Below are positions 40,130 through 53,224 of a stretch of DNA of 64,000 bases, in pieces. The notes beneath the pieces are model-generated. The model searched no databases and had not been told where the DNA came from. It saw nothing but the letters and a program-made list of their open reading frames with translations. A program made the translations under genes and the position numbers. Positions within the stretch are counted from its first letter, which is position 1. Each line of letters opens with the position of its first letter. This DNA comes from Octopus vulgaris (taxonomy: Eukaryota): the NCBI GenBank assembly GCA_951406725.2, contig OX597817.1:123628001-123692000 (forward strand), in the 5' to 3' direction.

Positions 40130-41410
40130 TTTCTTGAATTTGATGAAATTAGAACTAAAAGACAAAAGTGCAGAGGACAAAATTGAAACATGACTCATAT
40201 ATGGCATGAAATGCTCTGAGTATCACGTGACAGTACAAGAATATCTTCATTCAGATGATGTGAAGGCTAATGCTTCTGTTGAATTTATTCATCTGATTGA
40301 AATGATTTCTAAATTTCAGATGATTGAAAAGAAAAAAAAAAACAAACAAAAAAAACAGGGCAATGACCTTGGTGATATCACTGAATCACATGTTTATGTA
40401 AACCTTTATAAATTTGATTGTAATTGTTGCTTTTAAGGATACAAGCATGTACAACAAAAATGTCCTGCATTCAGTAAAATCTGTATTTAGTGTCAAGAAA
40501 AGAATCATATTATGGCAGTAATCTATAAAAAAAAAAGAATAAGGAATCTGAAGACATTGTAAATGAGCATGCCGCAAAATATTTATGAAATTGGCCTTAA
40601 AAAAACTTTGATAATCAATGTGAAAAATCAATAATGCTAAATTTAAGATGCAAATTGACACTGGCAGTCAGGTAACTGTAATATCTCAGAATTTCTAGAT
40701 GGATTTGAATGAACCTAAAATTGAGATAGTGTGATTTCAAACTAAAACAATTTGATGGATCATGCATTGAAATTTTTGGAAAAATTTAATGCATTAATGG
40801 AGACTGCTATGAGAACAGAAGGTGCAAATGTCATTGTTGCTAAACGAAAAACAAAAGCAAAAAAAAAATCATGGCTTATCATGTATGAACGTGATGAATG
40901 TTGAGAGTTCAATATTAATTCATGAAATTGAAGCTTCAGGACAATTTGGGAGATTAAGAGGTTTTAAGGCTAACATTCTTCTCAAAGGAAATATCAGCCC
41001 ATGTTATTTTGAAGCAATACCATTGCCAATACACATTAAACAATTAGTCACAGCAAAGCCGAGGATGCTAATTAACGAAGGTCTTTCAGATGAAGTTCTT
41101 TCCGGAGGAAGTAAATGAGCCTCTCCTTTAATAGTTGTTTGAAAGGTGAATGGAAATCTCAGAATATGTGGAGACTACAAAACAGCTTCCTATCTAATTC
41201 CAAGAATTGAATCGATATTACATTCCCTATCTGGCATGTATTATTTTGCTAAATTAGATTTCAAGGGGTCTTATCATCAAATAGAAATACATTCTGAAGC
41301 AAACAAATGTTGTATGATAGATACACAAATTATTCTTTTAAGATAGACGTATCATTCATACAGAATTTAAACAGTCAATGCAATCTTTCAGAAAGCAATT
41401 GCACACATTG
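40130..41410 (+). pseudogene. decayed Ty3/Gypsy gag-pol (zinc knuckle, protease, RT N-terminus)
   Basis: CPAFSKIC..C..KNH trace (~40460-40510); MQIDTGSQVTVI protease (40648-40683); NGNLRICGDYK..YLIPRIESIL..FAKLDFKGSYHQI RT (ORF 41146-41346). Confidence 0.85.
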
Positions 41411-41464
41411 TTGAACATGACATTAATCATATTATTTTTTATGAAATTGATGTGTATATTAGAT

Positions 41465-41850
41465 ATGTACAGTTGTGTTGTAAGAAGATTTTTTTTCCAA
41501 CCATGTGGTTCCAGATTTTCTTCACTGCATGTGCTTAGAGCATGTGACTTCTGCTATAGCTTCAGTCCATCCAAAACCTTGGGAATGGATTTGATAGACA
41601 GAAACTGAAAGAAGGAGGCAAACTGGCAGAAACATTAGCACACTGGGAAAAATGCTTAGCAGTATTTCGTCTGCCGTTACATTCTGAGTTCAAATTCTTC
41701 TGAGGTCGACTTTGCCTTTCATCCTTTCAGGGTCGATAAATTAAGTACTAGTCACGCACTGGGGTCGATGTAATCAACTTAATCCCTTTGTCTGTCCTTG
41801 TTTGTCCCCTCTAATGTTTAGCCCCATGTGGGCAATAAAGAAATAAGAAA
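41465..41850 (+). mobile_element. old family A head (41465-41613) followed by family B SINE (41614-41850)
   Basis: similarity to other copies in the window. Confidence 0.8.
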
Positions 41851-41899
41851 CATAATCCTGTAAGGTTATTTTGTTGATGATCTACTGATCCTGCTTACA

Positions 41900-43850
41900 T
41901 ATCTACCACTCCTCCTACTGAAGGAATCTTCAGGAATCAAGTGTATGACCTTCTTTTGGTTATCATCTACAATCTATAAGTGTGCAACTTCAATATTTCA
42001 TATGTGTGAACAATATTCCAGTGTGGTTTTTAAATGCATTGATACATTTTCTTGTTCTGATGTAGAAACCTACTGCTTAAGATACAGATTTCATAGCATT
42101 GTGTATATCAGATGAACTAAATAGTTTAGCCAAAAAAGATAAAATTTTAAGCATAATATTATACTTTGATCTGAAAGGGATTGATGGACATGGCCTTTGC
42201 AGTTTGTCTGAAACATGTGGGACTGTTTTATGTGAGCATTGATGACTGTAGGAAAAACCATGGGCAATAAGAAATTCCAGAAGGCTTACGTTATAAGAGG
42301 GAAGGAAGAACTGGGAAAAGTACTAAGAGAAAGTCAGGAAAAAGGTGAACAACATATGGGTATCTATTTGGGTATGAAAAGAATAGAAATTAAAGTGTCT
42401 AAAAATAAAAGGTATTAAGATAGTAACTGAAATGGGGCTTTTTTAAACAAGGAAGAATATAATTTTAGCATAGCTTTGAAATAAACTGAGTTAGGGGGAT
42501 TGAGAAGTGAAGTATATCTATTAAGGATATATAAGCATAGTTCTGTATCGATATTGTTGTATAGCTCTAGCATAGTGGAAGCATGTGGATTAGTGTTAGG
42601 GTATTGAACTCATGATCGTAAGATTGTGGTTTTGATTCTTGGACCAGGCAACATGTTGTATTCTTGAACAAAGCACTTCATTGCACATTGCTCCAGTTCA
42701 CTAAACTGACAAAAGTGAGTAATCCTGTAATGGACTGGCATCCCATCCAGGTGGGGAATTTATATCCCATGGAAACTGGGAAAACCAGCCTTTACGAGTT
42801 GACATGACATGTAAAGGTAACATTTTCACCTATAGCTCTAGCTCAGATTGGAATAGGTAAATAAAAAGCATATCACCCATGTACATGCCACCTTGGTTTT
42901 AGACATAGTGTATCAAGGATTACATTACTCAATGTATTTTTTCCTCTTTTTTAAAATATTAGGGCATAATTTGAAGGTGATTTTGAGGTTAATTTAAGCA
43001 GGTAAATTTACCTGGTGGAAATTTTATCTCTGGTTTAATAGCTCTAAATTTAGTAGCAGTGATAGTATTGATAGATATCAGATTTTAGTTCTAGCAGAAG
43101 GAAAGATTTTTAGGATTCTTTGATTTGAAATAACAACATTCAACTTTAATGAGATAATGAACAGATTTTGTTCTTTGAATGAAAGTCTTTTATATATCTT
43201 TGAATGTTATTCCAGAAATGCAACTCTTCAAAACAGAAATTCTTCAATAAGGATTAGTAAATGAAAGTATGCTGATACTTTATTTGAATTGTATTAAATG
43301 TGAAGGGAAGTTTGAATGATTTAAAGCATGAAATGCTTACAGCAATTATTTAAAAGCATGGGAATGTTAAAGGCCTAATACTGACTGTTATGCAGTAAGC
43401 AGTTTGTATTATAACGAGGTTTGATGTTAGGCAAGTGGTGTTAGAAAGACAATAATTTGAAGAACTAATTAAAGCTGAACCAAGGATGGTTAGAGAAGAT
43501 AACAGATTTCCAAAGTAATAAATCAAGTTGTGGAGCAATTGCTAGAACAGACAAATATGTAGCTTAGAGAATCTAGTAGGCATAGTATGTAACATGTAGC
43601 AAATACTTAAGCTTTTAAACTGCCTAAGTCAAGATGAATGGAGATGATGAGTAGAGCAGTTTTGTGAAAATCAAATGTTACAGTCAATAATTTGGAAACT
43701 CTTGCAGATGTCTTTGAAAACAAGGATAACAGTATAAAATATTTTGAGATGTTTGCTGAAATAACAGATTTAAGGATTTCAAAATCACAAAACTTTGAAG
43801 AAGGAAAGAATTTTAAGTGCTTGTCCTTAATTTCATTGTAAACCAATCAG
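41900..43850 (-). mobile_element. very decayed LINE ORF2 remnant
   Basis: purine-rich + strand; faint minus-strand motif traces (AFHALNHS ~43312-43337 resembling AFDxxxH; RRGH-like near 41941-41957). Confidence 0.3.
42577..42830 (+). mobile_element. SINE family C (body 2 + tail 2) with TSD
   Basis: matches 39746 copy; TSD tatagctctagc. Confidence 0.82.
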
Positions 43851-44351
43851 GAAGGAACAGTAAGTGGATATTATATAAGCACAGACAAAATATTGCATGC
43901 ATTATCAAATGATGTAACTAAAAGAGTTGAACATAATAGAATTGAGAAAGTGACATATTTTCCAACTTTTAAATGGATGTGTACTTTGTACTTAAAGAGG
44001 AAATAGAAATTGTTTTAACAATTGGATTAATAGTTTAAAAAACAAAATTGGTGGAATACAGAATTTTGCACTGAAGCTGAACTTGAGTCTATTTTTTCAA
44101 TCAGTATCTTTTTGTGTAAAGAATAAACAGATTTGTGAAAAATATAAAAGAGAGAATTTCTCTATCAAAAAATGTGCATTATTTCTCTAAATTTCCTGTG
44201 GCCATTTAAAAATATTCTTCTGGTCATGATCAATAAGTTGGAATGAAATCATCTCAGTCAAATTTATTTGTACTTAGTAAATTAAAAGGAAATTTGGAGG
44301 TAATGTCACAGCGGCTTGCTGTATATGATATAACAGTTAATGTGCAAAATT

Positions 44352-44578
44352 CAACTCTTTAGCATTCAGATTACTCTGTCAAATGTAATGCTTATTTATT
44401 CACATTGTTTTCCATTAATCATGCATTATCTTATAATTTCAAGATGTTAATGATGTGATTGCATATTTTTTGAATGACATTATAAGGAGGTACAAGAGCT
44501 CAAATCTCGCCCATTTGAACATAAAACAGGTAAAATATTTGGGTCAGATATAGCTAGTTTGAATGATAATGGGTCAAA
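44352..44578. mobile_element. piggyBac-like MITE (partial second copy at 47345-47459)
   Basis: degenerate TIRs tcaactctttagcattc / gaatgataatgggtcaa resembling TTAACCCTTT..AAAGGGTTAA; 3' half repeated at 47345-47459. Confidence 0.55.
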
Positions 44579-45428
44579 CATATCCCAGGAGCATTCAACT
44601 TGGTATATTGAAGAAGGGATTTAAGTTCAAAGAGAAATAACTGACCTTGTTTCTTTCAGAGATAAAAGTACATAAAAATCTAAAAAGAAAGATGAAATTT
44701 ATAAAAAAAAATTAAATACTATGTGAAGATAAACAAATTGTTTGCTTAAATTGTATAAAGAATAGAACTGATTTAACAAAGAATTGTTTCAATTAAAAAT
44801 ATCAGCAAAAAATAGGTCGTAAATTTTATATATAATTATTATGAGAATCAAATAATTTCATAAGACATCTAGAAATTAGAATATAGTACTGGATTTTCTG
44901 GTTTATAGAAACAGTAATAAAGAGTAAATTGATATCAAGGGGGGTAATATTATTTGGATTGTTCTATAAAATCTTCAAGGATTTCGTTATGAAATTGATA
45001 AAATTTAGATATTTCACACTGTAAATTTGAAAAAAAAAAAAAAAGCAAGAAAATTAAGAAAGATTTCCATTAAAAGAAAGGATTTACTTTTCCTTTTAAC
45101 ATGTCTAATTTATTTTTACTGATAGATTTTCTTAAATTTGACAGCTTAATCAATTCTTTTAGATTAAAGACGAGAAATGTCTACATTACAATATCTTTTG
45201 TACAGTATATATATTAATGTAACTCTTTTATTAAAGATGGTGTTTTATTGCTTTTGAGGAGCTGCAATAGGCATCAAAATGTATTTATTTTATTTCGTCA
45301 GTATCTTTAATTTTGACAAAATATTGGAAATTTTTGTAGAAAACAAATAATTTCTTTATTAAGTTGGGATTTTATAAACTATCTTTGAATATATCTATTG
45401 AAGATATATTTGCGTATATACATTCATT

Positions 45429-45580
<152 letters not shown>

Positions 45581-46165
45581 AAAGAGGAAGAGAGAGAAGA
45601 GAGAGAGAAAGAGGCAGACATAGATATAGATATGAATATAGATATGTAAACGAAATTTCAATAAGAATAAGAATGAGAAGTACAGAAACAAAATGTTTTC
45701 TAAGAATATCAATAAAATTAATTTGTAACAATTTAAGAATTACAAATAAAAATTCTAAAAACAATACTACTCATAAATACTAGTGAAAAGTAATATTCAT
45801 AGACGTGAAGATATGATAGAAACTAATTTACATTGCTTAAATCAAGAAACAAAGTTGTCATCATCATCATCATCATCATTAAATATTTTTGCTTCTCCTC
45901 CCCTTCCTTCTCTTCCTCTTCTTGCTTCTTCTCCACCTCATCTTCAATATCATTGTCATCATCATCATCATCATCATCATCATTATCAGCAGTTATAAGT
46001 ATATCTACACGCTCATTCACACTCACAATCACACATTCATGCACACACATATATGTATGTATGTATATAGAACAGTATAAGTTAGAATTATTGAAATGTA
46101 TATTCCAAATAAAAGCACAGTATCTATATTTCAAAGCTTTAGCTGTAGATAATACAGATCACATA

Positions 46166-46636
46166 TATGAGGTGGGTGCTGAAAAATTCCTGGGTTTGAA
46201 TAAAAGAAACTACAGGAGAATTTGTTAATTATGATTTTATACAAAATATTCCCTTCTCAGTTTCCCAGACTTATTATAGTAGTCCTTCTAAGGCGGTGAT
46301 CTGGCAGAAACGTTAGCGCACCTGGTGAAATGCTTATCGGCATTTCGTCTGCCGTTAACGTTCTAAGTTCAAATTCTGCCGAGGTCGACTTTGCCTTTCA
46401 TCCTTTCGGGGTCGATAAATTAAGTACCAGTTACGTACTGGGGTCGATGTAATCGACTTAATCTCTTTGTCTGTCCTTGTTTGTCCCTTCTATGTTTAGC
46501 CCCTTGTGGGAAATAAAGAAATATATTATAATAGTTCTTCAGATTTTCTGAGCTCTGTAAAAGAACTTGGAAGGCTAGGCCTCCAACCAGGCCTTTCGCA
46601 ATACCCTTAAAGCTAGGAACATTTCAGCCCGCCTTC
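46166..46636. mobile_element. mariner-derived MITE interrupted by a family B SINE (46292-46520)
   Basis: TIRs tatgaggtgggtgctgaaaaattcctgg / ctaggaacatttcagcccgcct; SINE flanked by TSD tattata(g/a)tagt(c/t)cttc. Confidence 0.75.
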
Positions 46637-46966
46637 CACCCCTCCCTGTAAACATTCTGTTAAGTTAAATAGGAAAACAACAAGGAATCTTCTTGCAGAT
46701 TTGTTTTGGGCATGAGCATCTGATGAGAGTTGTCATTGCTATTGTTTAGTACCAGGGTAAAGACCTCCTTCAGTCATAAATGACCATGGGATTGCACCTA
46801 GAGAGTTACCCTCTGAGGCACCAGTTTGGGTAAGGTTGTTTACGGAGACCAGCAGTCATCCATGCACACCATCCTCTCCTCTCCACGCCATGTATGTATT
46901 GGTATGTATTGTGAGAATCAACTAGGTTTATTTCTTTAACATTTTACATAGTTAATGTGTGAAAAA

Positions 46967-47240
46967 TCATCATCATCATCATCATCATCGTTTAACGTCC
47001 GTTCTCCATGCTAGCATGGGTTGGACGGTTCGACCAAGGAACTGGGAAGCCAGAAGGCTGCACCAGGCTCCAGTCTGATCTGGCAGTGTTTCTACAGCTG
47101 GATGCCCTTCCTAACACCAACCACTCCGAGAGTTTAGTGGGTGCTTTTTACGTGCCACCGGCACAGGTGCCAGGTGTGACTGGCAATGGCCATGATCGGA
47201 TTGGTGCTTTTTACGTGCCACCGGCACGGATCGTGCCACC
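46967..47240 (-). mobile_element. RTE LINE 3' end
   Basis: very similar to 2994-3186. Confidence 0.85.
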
Positions 47241-47744
47241 AGAAATTTTGAAAGGTTACTATAAAACTAGCTTTTAAACATCTATGAAGGTTCACCAAAA
47301 TAAAGTAGTAATCCATGAATAAAAAATGGTCGAGAACCCCAGGTTTAGTTTTTAGAATGTTATTGCAGAGTAGATGTGAGAGGTTGCATCTGGTCAGTTT
47401 GAACATAAAAGATACAATATTTGGGCCAGATATGACCAGTTTAAATGATAAAGGGCCAAGGCTCTCTATGACTATCTTGTCTTTTTCTTCAAACGCTCCT
47501 CTCAGGATTACCTTATTCTTTTATTCTTTTACTTGTTTCAGTCATTTGACTGCGGTCATGCTGGAGCACCACTTTTTAGTCGTGCAAATCGAACCCAGGA
47601 CTAATTCTTTGTAAGCCTAGTACTTATTCTATTGGTCTCTTTTGCCGAACCACTAAGTTACGGGAACGTAAACACACCAGCATTGGTTGTCAAGCGATGT
47701 TGGGGGAACAAATACAGACACACAAACTTATACACACACACACA

Positions 47745-47824
<80 letters not shown>

Positions 47825-47826
47825 CA

Positions 47827-48463
47827 CTAGCAGTATCGCCGGTGTTGCTCGGGTTTGTAAGGAAATAACTATATAAGCATTTCTAGAGAGTTATAGCCAA
47901 AAAATAGCAAAAAATGCATTAAAAAAAGGAAAAAATATGATGGTAATTTTTTTTTTAAATCGTTGACTCATCGTAGACATTTTTAGAGAGTTACTTCCCT
48001 TATATAATAGCGAAAAAATGCATTAAAATGGAAAAAAAAACGATGGTAAATTTTTTTTTAAATCGTAGACTCATGTAGACGCTTTCTTAGCCATTTCTGT
48101 TTTGGTGTCTTCAAGCCATGAAGTCGTTGTTCTAAAAGAACACTGGTCTCCTTGACAACGCATTATGACGTTGATTTCCTTACACTCCCTTCCCCACAGG
48201 TGCAGGTGTGAGCGTGGACGCCAACTCCGCCGCCATCGACACATGAAAAATTATGCATTAAAATGGAATAAAAAATGATGTTAAATTATTTTTAAAATCG
48301 TAGACTCATCGTAGACGCGCGCTAATATTCAGACGGGCTTGATATGAATCACAACTATAAGCTACCCGAATTTGGTTAAACTGCACCACAAAATGTGGGA
48401 GTAGTTAGGAATCTAAATCGAAGGGGACAGACACTCACACAACTACAGTTTTATATATATAGA
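47827..48463 (-). mobile_element. non-autonomous Helitron
   Basis: minus strand starts a|TCTATATATATAAAA and ends with GC-rich hairpin cccgagcaacaccggcga..CTAG|t; AT target, no TSD. Confidence 0.85.
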
Positions 48464-48479
48464 TATACATAGAGCAGTA

Positions 48480-48845
48480 GTGGTGAGATGTGACAGCAAA
48501 GAAAAGCGTACATTCACTCTCTGCATGCAATTAGACTCGGAAAGTTCGTGAGGAACCCATTGACCCTATTTGCTGACTTTTCCGATAGCACACAGGTCTC
48601 AATGAATGGTTGAATGACCAAATCCAAGCTTCTCTGCTAGTTCCTCAACAGTTACGATGAGATTTTGTTCCACCAGGGTTTTCAGGATGTCCTTGTCGAG
48701 TTCTACAGATCTTTCAGGATGAGGCTCGTCTTCTAGGCTGTAGTTTATGGCTCGGAATTTCTGGAACCACCATTGACACTGCCTTACGCTTATTGTCCAA
48801 TCCCCATATACTGCATTAATATTTTTTGTACTTTGCACACATTTA
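48480..48845 (-). pseudogene. mariner transposase N-terminal (HTH) fragment
   Basis: KNINAVYGD.TISVRQCQWWFQKFR..NYSLEDE..PERSVELD.D.LK.LVEQN...TVEELAEKLG (ORF 48599-49003). Confidence 0.88.
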
Positions 48846-48898
48846 TATTCTGTTATTCTTTTATATGTTTCAGCCTTGAGGTTGTGGCTATGCTGGAT

Positions 48899-48940
<42 letters not shown>

Positions 48941-49163
48941 TATCTGTCTGTCTGTCTGTATGTATATATGTATATGTATGTGTGTGAACAGTAATATTTT
49001 CAACAGATGTGTTGCAAATGTATCTGATTGTTCTCAAGCTTCAATACTGTGTGTGTGTGTATGTGTGTGTGTGTATGTATGTATGTATATGTATGTATGT
49101 ATGTATATGTATGTATGTATGTATGTGTGTATGTATGTATGCGTGTATGTATGTGTGTGTGTA

Positions 49164-49194
<31 letters not shown>

Positions 49195-49244
49195 ATGTAT
49201 GTATGTATGTATGTATGTATGTATGAGTGTATGTTTACTTTATT

Positions 49245-49709
49245 ACTAACACAAGCCACTACGGTTATTTAATGTAAAGTCTTCCTCAAATCACTCTCTC
49301 TCTCGCTATTTACTCTCTTCCAAGAACATTTTCACTCACTCTTAGCTCTTAGCTTCCCATACATTTTACTCATGTATCTATCAGCGTCATAGACAGAATA
49401 CTTTCAGTTTAGTCTTCCTCAAATCACTCTGTTGCTATTTACTTTCATTTTATTCGTTGCACACTGTGTGTGTGCGTTTGCGTGTGGTGTAAACCAGACT
49501 AAGAAAAGCATTTGACACACACACCAGAATGTGAGTTTTCTGTAAATTTTGCTTAATTGGAGTTTAAATTTTAAAAACTGGACCTGGCATGACGCGATGC
49601 ATTCTACTCTTAAAATTGCTAGGTAAATTGTAATTGAAGAAATGCTATATTGTAGATTTGTATAACTCCCAAAGGGAGGCAGATAAAATCTGCCTTTTAT
49701 AATAAGAGA
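49245..49709 (-). mobile_element. probable non-autonomous Helitron-like element
   Basis: minus strand begins a|TCTCTTATTATAAAAGGCAG; internal direct repeat agtcttcctcaaatcactct; 3' CTAG not clearly preserved. Confidence 0.5.
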
Positions 49710-50078
49710 TATATACGATGGGCTTCTTTTCCTTTCCGTCTACTAAATCCACTCACAGGCTTTGGTCGACCCAAGGCTATAGTAGAAGACACTTGCCCAA
49801 GTTGCCATGCAGTGGGACTGAACCTGGAACCATGTGGTTGGTAAGCAAGCTACTTACCACACAACCACTCCTGCACCTAACAGTTTTGTCCTTTTTTTAT
49901 AAGATGATAAGCTATGACTTGTGAAAGATTTAGTAACTACTTCTAGCAGGCTGAGTGATCATGTAGAGGCACAATATTCAATTTCATTTATAAGAACTTT
50001 AAAAGTTAATGGAAACTAAACCAAAATGAATGTTTACAACTTTTGGAGTAATACCACAAACATTTAATCTAATGCATT

Positions 50079-50426
50079 GGCACAACATATACTAAAATTG
50101 AAATAAGACCATTGTTTATATGTATATATATGTATGTGTGTGCATATGTTTGTGTGTCTGTGTTTGTCCCCCTAACATCGCTTGACAACTGATGCTGGTG
50201 TGTTTACGTCCCCATAACTTAGCAGTTCGGCAAAAGAGATCGATAGAATAAGTACTAGGCTTACAAAGAATAAGTCCTAGGGTTGATTTACTCGACTAAA
50301 GGTGGTGTTCCAGCATAGCCACAGTCACATGACTGAAACAAGTAAAAGAGTAAAAGAGTAAAAGAGATTAGCATGATCCCTGTACGAGGATAACATGCAA
50401 ATTTGTGAATTGTTCCTTTTTTTTTT
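50079..50426 (+). pseudogene. U6: U6 snRNA pseudogene split by a family A SINE fragment
   Basis: 50079-50109 ggcacaacatatactaaaattgaaa resembles U6 GGCAGCACATATACTAAAATTGGAA; 50363-50426 agattagcatgatccctgtacgaggataacatgcaaatttgtgaattgttcc-Tn resembles AGATTAGCATGGCCCCTGCGCAAGGATGACACGCAAATTCGTGAAGCGTTCC-Tn. Confidence 0.85.
50112..50366 (+). mobile_element. 5'-truncated family A SINE (microsatellite + tail)
   Basis: matches 38515-38758. Confidence 0.88.
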
Positions 50427-50821
50427 CTTTTTCTTTGTAATTGATGATGCCCCAACATAACCAAAGCTCTTAAGCTGAGAAACTAGCAAAGGAGCAAAGA
50501 GCTCGGCAAGCATTTTCTACGCTGAAACCACAATAAACTAATTTATAACATTCGGTTGTTTTGTAATTTGAGACTAACATGTTTATCAGATACGAATATT
50601 AACAGAACAATTTACAAACATTTGTATTTTCAAATTCATATAAAATCTCAAAATGTCTCACAGTGTGTCATGAATAAAGTAGAATTTCAAATTATTAATA
50701 TTTATATATTAAATGCATACGTCTGAACCTTTATTTTCAATACCCAGAAAAATTTATCAAAATATAATCTATCTGCAATTTATTATTGTATGTTGGGTAT
50801 GTCATATTAGATATACATACA

Positions 50822-50852
<31 letters not shown>

Positions 50853-50875
50853 CTATACATACATATCTACATACA

Positions 50876-50918
<43 letters not shown>

Positions 50919-51658
50919 ATATATATATATATATTTAGCAGCATGGTCTTCTGTGCACACATGTTTGAGTGTATGTGTAAGTGTTTAATAAAGAACCAAC
51001 ATGAACTTTTGGAAAAGACTCTGTTTCATCTTGTGTTTTCAGAACTGAATTCATAGCGAGTATTTTTTCTTTTTTTTATCTAAGTAAAGAATATCTATAA
51101 TTTTAATTTAATACAAACAACTTCAAATCAAACTTGACATCTCTATTTCTTATTTCAGTGCAAATTTAAGGTTTTCAATTATTAATTCTCATTTATTAAG
51201 CATGAATAGATGAATAACAAGATTTTGTATGTGTAGGTGTGTATGTATGTATGTATGTATGTATGTATGTATGTATGTATGTATATATGTATGAATGTAT
51301 TTATGTGTGTGTATATATATATATGCAAATATGCATGAATATATGGGTGTATATAATATCACTCTCTCTCTCTCTATATATATATATACTTATATAAATA
51401 TATAATATATATATATATATACATATACACTCTCTCTCTCACACACACACTTATGCAAATACATTTATGCATGCATATACATTCATCATACATAAAATAC
51501 GTAGATATGCGTTTGTTAATTCATTCATATGATACATGTGGATGTGTATACATATGTAAGTAATTATATATATGTATAGGTAAACATATAAATACATGTA
51601 TATATCAATTTATACAAATTACCAGCATGCTATATATACGTATATATATATATATGCT

Positions 51659-51698
<40 letters not shown>

Positions 51699-52894
51699 TA
51701 TACATTGGTTACCTGAGCAAATACATAAGCTATAGATTATTGAGAAACCTTAGGTTACCTGAGCAAATGTTCATACCCTTGACTATTGAGTACTCTTCTC
51801 ACTTACTTACTCCTCTTACCTGCTTCTGGTGTCACTGCTTGCACCTTTGCCTTTCATAGTATCAACTCCTGGTTCACATGTCTCTGAGTAATCTCAATGT
51901 TGTTCTGTAAACAAATCATCATTCCTCTTTTACTGGTGTCACAGTGGAATTTCAAAAATACATTCTATGTGATGGAGGTATGAGACATTCTGGTTCTTGT
52001 TTAAAAGAATATATTAGTGACAGCGTCAGTATTAATAATGAGAGGTAATATTTATCCCCACTTAAACGTGGATGTTCTGTCAGAACAAACTATACTGCAG
52101 TAGTTACCATGAGAGAAACTCCATATTGGCTTTTGGTGCAAAATGAACTCTTGTTTATATCATTTACAGGGAGATAAATCCCCACCACCTCCAGCGCCAA
52201 GTACATCAGGTCACTTGATTTCGATCTTCCTTAGTCTCATCAAGGATGGATGCTCAACTGTTAGAAATAGCAGAGACTTATCTCCCCACCAACAATATCT
52301 AGAAAAACAGTGTCAAAACAGGTACTGGTATTGCAATTTGCCAGTGGGCTTCTTAAAAGAATATTTATTTGTAACAAAAGAAATATTTATATTCACTTAA
52401 ATATGGCTGTTCCGTTAGAACATCCACAACTATACTGTAGTAGATACTATGAAAAAAACTCTTATACTGGCATTTGGTGCAGAATGCACCCTTCTTTATA
52501 TCACTAGTACCATTTTGAGGTACTGGTACTACAAAACGCACCTAGTACACCCTGTAAAGTGATAGCTAATAGGAAATGTATCCAACTGTATACACAAAGC
52601 TGAATGATATGTGAGTATCCATTTATGAAAGGAATAACACACAAAATGTATGAGACTGAGCATAAAAACCCATCCAACTGATAATTGCATGAAAGCAGAC
52701 AAGTCTTTCAGGGAGACTCATGGCTACATTGCACTTTACATAGGCAGATGGGGATGGTTGGAGTGGTACCTCAAAGAGGGGAAAGTGTGATAGTGAGGAA
52801 GTATCAAAGGATAAGCTTATAAGCTCAATGTGTTATTCTTTTATTGTTTTATTTGTTTCAGTCATTTGACTGGAGCCATGCTGGAGTACCACCT

Positions 52895-53120
52895 TAACCC
52901 TTTCATACCAACCTGGCCAAAACCACCTCTAGCTCTGCAGTACAAACGTCTTGTTTTCTTAAGTTTTGAATTAAAATCTTCCACCAAAGCTTAGTCACAA
53001 TTTATGTTACTAACACTAGCTTAATGGTAACTAAGTTACTTTACTAAATTCTTTGTTATATTTAAAATAATTGAAAGAAACACAGAGCATCTCAAAATAA
53101 ATATGGTAATGAAAGGGTTT
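52895..53120. mobile_element. piggyBac-like MITE inserted in a family A SINE tail (52835-53215, minus)
   Basis: TTAA-CCCTTTCATACCA ... TGGTAATGAAAGGG-TT; SINE sequence resumes on each side. Confidence 0.75.
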
Positions 53121-53224
53121 TAGTCAAACTAATCGACCCCAGGACTTCTAGTTTTTTTAAGCCTAGTACTTATTTTATCAGTTTCTTTTGCCAAACCTCT
53201 AAGCCATTGGGACACAGCACAAAT

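Larger units (their letters stand above)
47515..49878 (-). mobile_element. family A SINE split at its internal microsatellite (tail 47515-47745, head 49712-49878)
   Basis: the two halves are colinear and complementary parts of the family A consensus. Confidence 0.75.

Noticed and set aside
45823-46134. Acidic D/E-rich and poly-His/Ser ORFs
   Set aside because: Derived from (CAT)n and CT-rich simple repeats; no splice or domain support
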